Made by a program: the position numbers and the translations under genes. Below are positions 62,752 to 64,000 of a DNA stretch of 64,000 bases, piece by piece; the first letter of the stretch is position 1; each line of letters begins with the position of its first letter. The stretch comes from a virus (Duplodnaviria > Caudoviricetes), in the IMG/VR virus record IMGVR_UViG_2974528942_000001, positions 11,381-75,380 of that record. One strand, written 5' to 3'. The notes under the pieces were generated by a model. That model was not told where the DNA came from, searched no databases, and worked only from the letters and a program-made list of their open reading frames with translations.

Positions 62752-63237
62752 TCACAAACCACACAACTTGGCGACGTCCGCCCGGTACCGCTTGGGGACG
62801 TCGAGGCGTAGGGTGCGATGGGGCCAGAGCGACCTTTTCACGACTTCGCTGTACCGGACCACTGCGGAAAAATGTAGGTCATCGCGGTCTACGCGGCGTG
62901 TAGAACTCTTGTTCTTTTTCACCCTAGCGGTTTTCGGTGCCGGGTTTTTGGGTTGCACAGGTCGCATGGTCTGATTCTCAACCATCGTTTTCACGTTGGC
63001 TTGAATCCCCGTCATGTTCCAACTATAGGCCGTGGTCTCGTCTGGGCGTGTTTCATCTTTGCCCGCCCAATTGTCCTTGTTGACACAATCCGCCTCGGTC
63101 CGTTCCCGCATAGCGATCACGGTATTCAGCGGTGTTAGCGGGGTGTTGATACCCGTACCCCGTTTAGCGGTGGCGCGTACCCGTTTGGTCACGGTGACCG
63201 TACGTGGTGCAGACGCCATAGGCAGCGGTCTACCCAT
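62752..63237 (-). CDS. Possible basic protein (161 aa), atypical codon usage
   Basis: Good GAAAGGG RBS, but rare codons (CTA, AAA, CAA, AGT) and it overlaps a short-motif array. Confidence 0.4.
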   Translation of the reverse strand: MGRPLPMASAPRTVTVTKRVRATAKRGTGINTPLTPLNTVIAMRERTEADCVNKDNWAGKDETRPDETTAYSWNMTGIQANVKTMVENQTMRPVQPKNPAPKTARVKKNKSSTRRVDRDDLHFSAVVRYSEVVKRSLWPHRTLRLDVPKRYRADVAKLCGL

Positions 63238-63239
63238 GA

Positions 63240-63881
63240 TGAACCCTTTCGTTGTGTGGTTCTAGTCCGTTGTGCAGCGATGAAACTGCACGCATGTATT
63301 GATCTAGCGTGTCACTATTGCCATGCGTCAACCCTACGGTTGCCAGCGGTCGACCCGTCCGTTTCATTCGGTGACCATCGCGCGGTCGTTCCTACACAAC
63401 TCATGGAGACCCTAGACGTCCATGCCGTTGTGCGTGTGGGCCGGTATAGCGGTCGCCCGCTAGAACCCTAGTCCGTTAGCGGTCTAGTGCCCGTATCACC
63501 CGCGCGAAGCGGATCTAGATTCAATTTGTATCGCGGTGGTTAGCGATGAACCCTAGACAAAGTCTGCCCTTCCACAGTTCGCGCGTCCGCTGAGCCGGTC
63601 TTATGTACGTGCATGAACCCGCTGGTTGCGGGGGCCGTAGCTATTACACATGCACTGCCGTGCGGTGCCTCACGTTCTAGTGATCCCGTACCGGCTAGAA
63701 CCCTAGCCGTCATCCGCTTTAGGGTGCGTTCGACCCGCTACCGTGTTTCCACGGCCTATCCGCTTTTTCGCAGCGTTCATCGCGGCGCGTGTGCCCGTAG
63801 GTCCCGCGCGTACCGACCGCCATCCCGCCCGCGCCGCGCGCGGGACCGGGGCCGGGGGGCGATTGCCCCCCCCGATTCGGT
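63240..63881 (-). ncRNA. Candidate long structured leader/ncRNA or iteron-like array
   Basis: No ORF with phage codon usage; multiple hairpins; repeated GAACCC(TAG), CTAG, AGCGGT; lies directly downstream of the 63.9-kb promoter. Confidence 0.4.
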
Positions 63882-63887
63882 AGGTCT

Positions 63888-63917
63888 ACCGTACCACGGC
63901 GCGTGGCACCACGGCAA
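63888..63917 (-). promoter_or_regulatory. Rightmost leftward promoter TTGCCG-18-TGG.TACGGT
   Basis: Spacer TGGTGCCACGCGCCGTGG differs at 2 positions from the 56.7-kb promoter spacer TGGTACCACACGCCGTGG. Confidence 0.75.
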
Positions 63918-63938
63918 CCCCCCCGGGGCCGCTGCGTG

Positions 63939-63954
63939 TGTGACGTGCGTCACA
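63939..63954. promoter_or_regulatory. Perfect CRP/GlxR-type site TGTGA-CGTGCG-TCACA
   Basis: Exact consensus; 21 bp upstream of the -35. Confidence 0.75.
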
Positions 63955-63968
63955 TTTGGGAGCGGGTT

Positions 63969-63990
63969 TTGTACCAGGGGTTGTACCAGG
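63969..63990. repeat. Direct repeat TTGTACCAGG x2
   Basis: Copies at 63969-63978 and 63981-63990. Confidence 0.7.
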
Positions 63991-64000
63991 CGCGTTATAC

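Noticed and set aside
62739-62756. TGTGG-N8-TCACA (and TGTGA-N4-TCACA at 28280-28293) as further CRP sites
   Set aside because: Wrong half-site spacing; the second lies inside a coding region.
63240-63881. Hammerhead ribozyme or tRNA/tmRNA in the terminal region
   Set aside because: GATGA and GAAA fragments occur, but there is no CUGANGA core with matching stems and no cloverleaf or T-loop consensus.

Overview
The window is most of the genome of a lytic, GC-rich actinobacteriophage (siphovirus), probably infecting a mycolic-acid host such as Gordonia or Rhodococcus. Its gene set (Mu-type head genes, 3027-aa tape measure, split endolysin, displaced LysB, DnaN, oligoribonuclease, MoxR/VWA pair) recalls GTE7/GMA7/ReqiDocB7-like phages; this assignment is from memory and unverified. 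The + strand (1-31341) holds the virion genes, starting inside the portal, followed by the lysis cassette. The - strand (31330-63237) holds DNA metabolism, regulatory and many small early genes. No integrase, tRNA, CRISPR array, DNA polymerase or primase was seen. The most notable signals are regulatory and lie at the right end. Two perfect CRP/GlxR boxes (TGTGA-N6-TCACA) each sit exactly 21 bp upstream of the -35 of a leftward promoter. A TGGYRCCA palindrome recurs at promoters on both arms. A ~640-nt non-coding, hairpin- and repeat-rich region lies under the rightmost promoter. Other candidates are a 59-aa early peptide with a clamp-binding-like motif and a monocistronic Sm/Hfq-like protein. 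All functional calls come from visual motif recognition; no searches were run.
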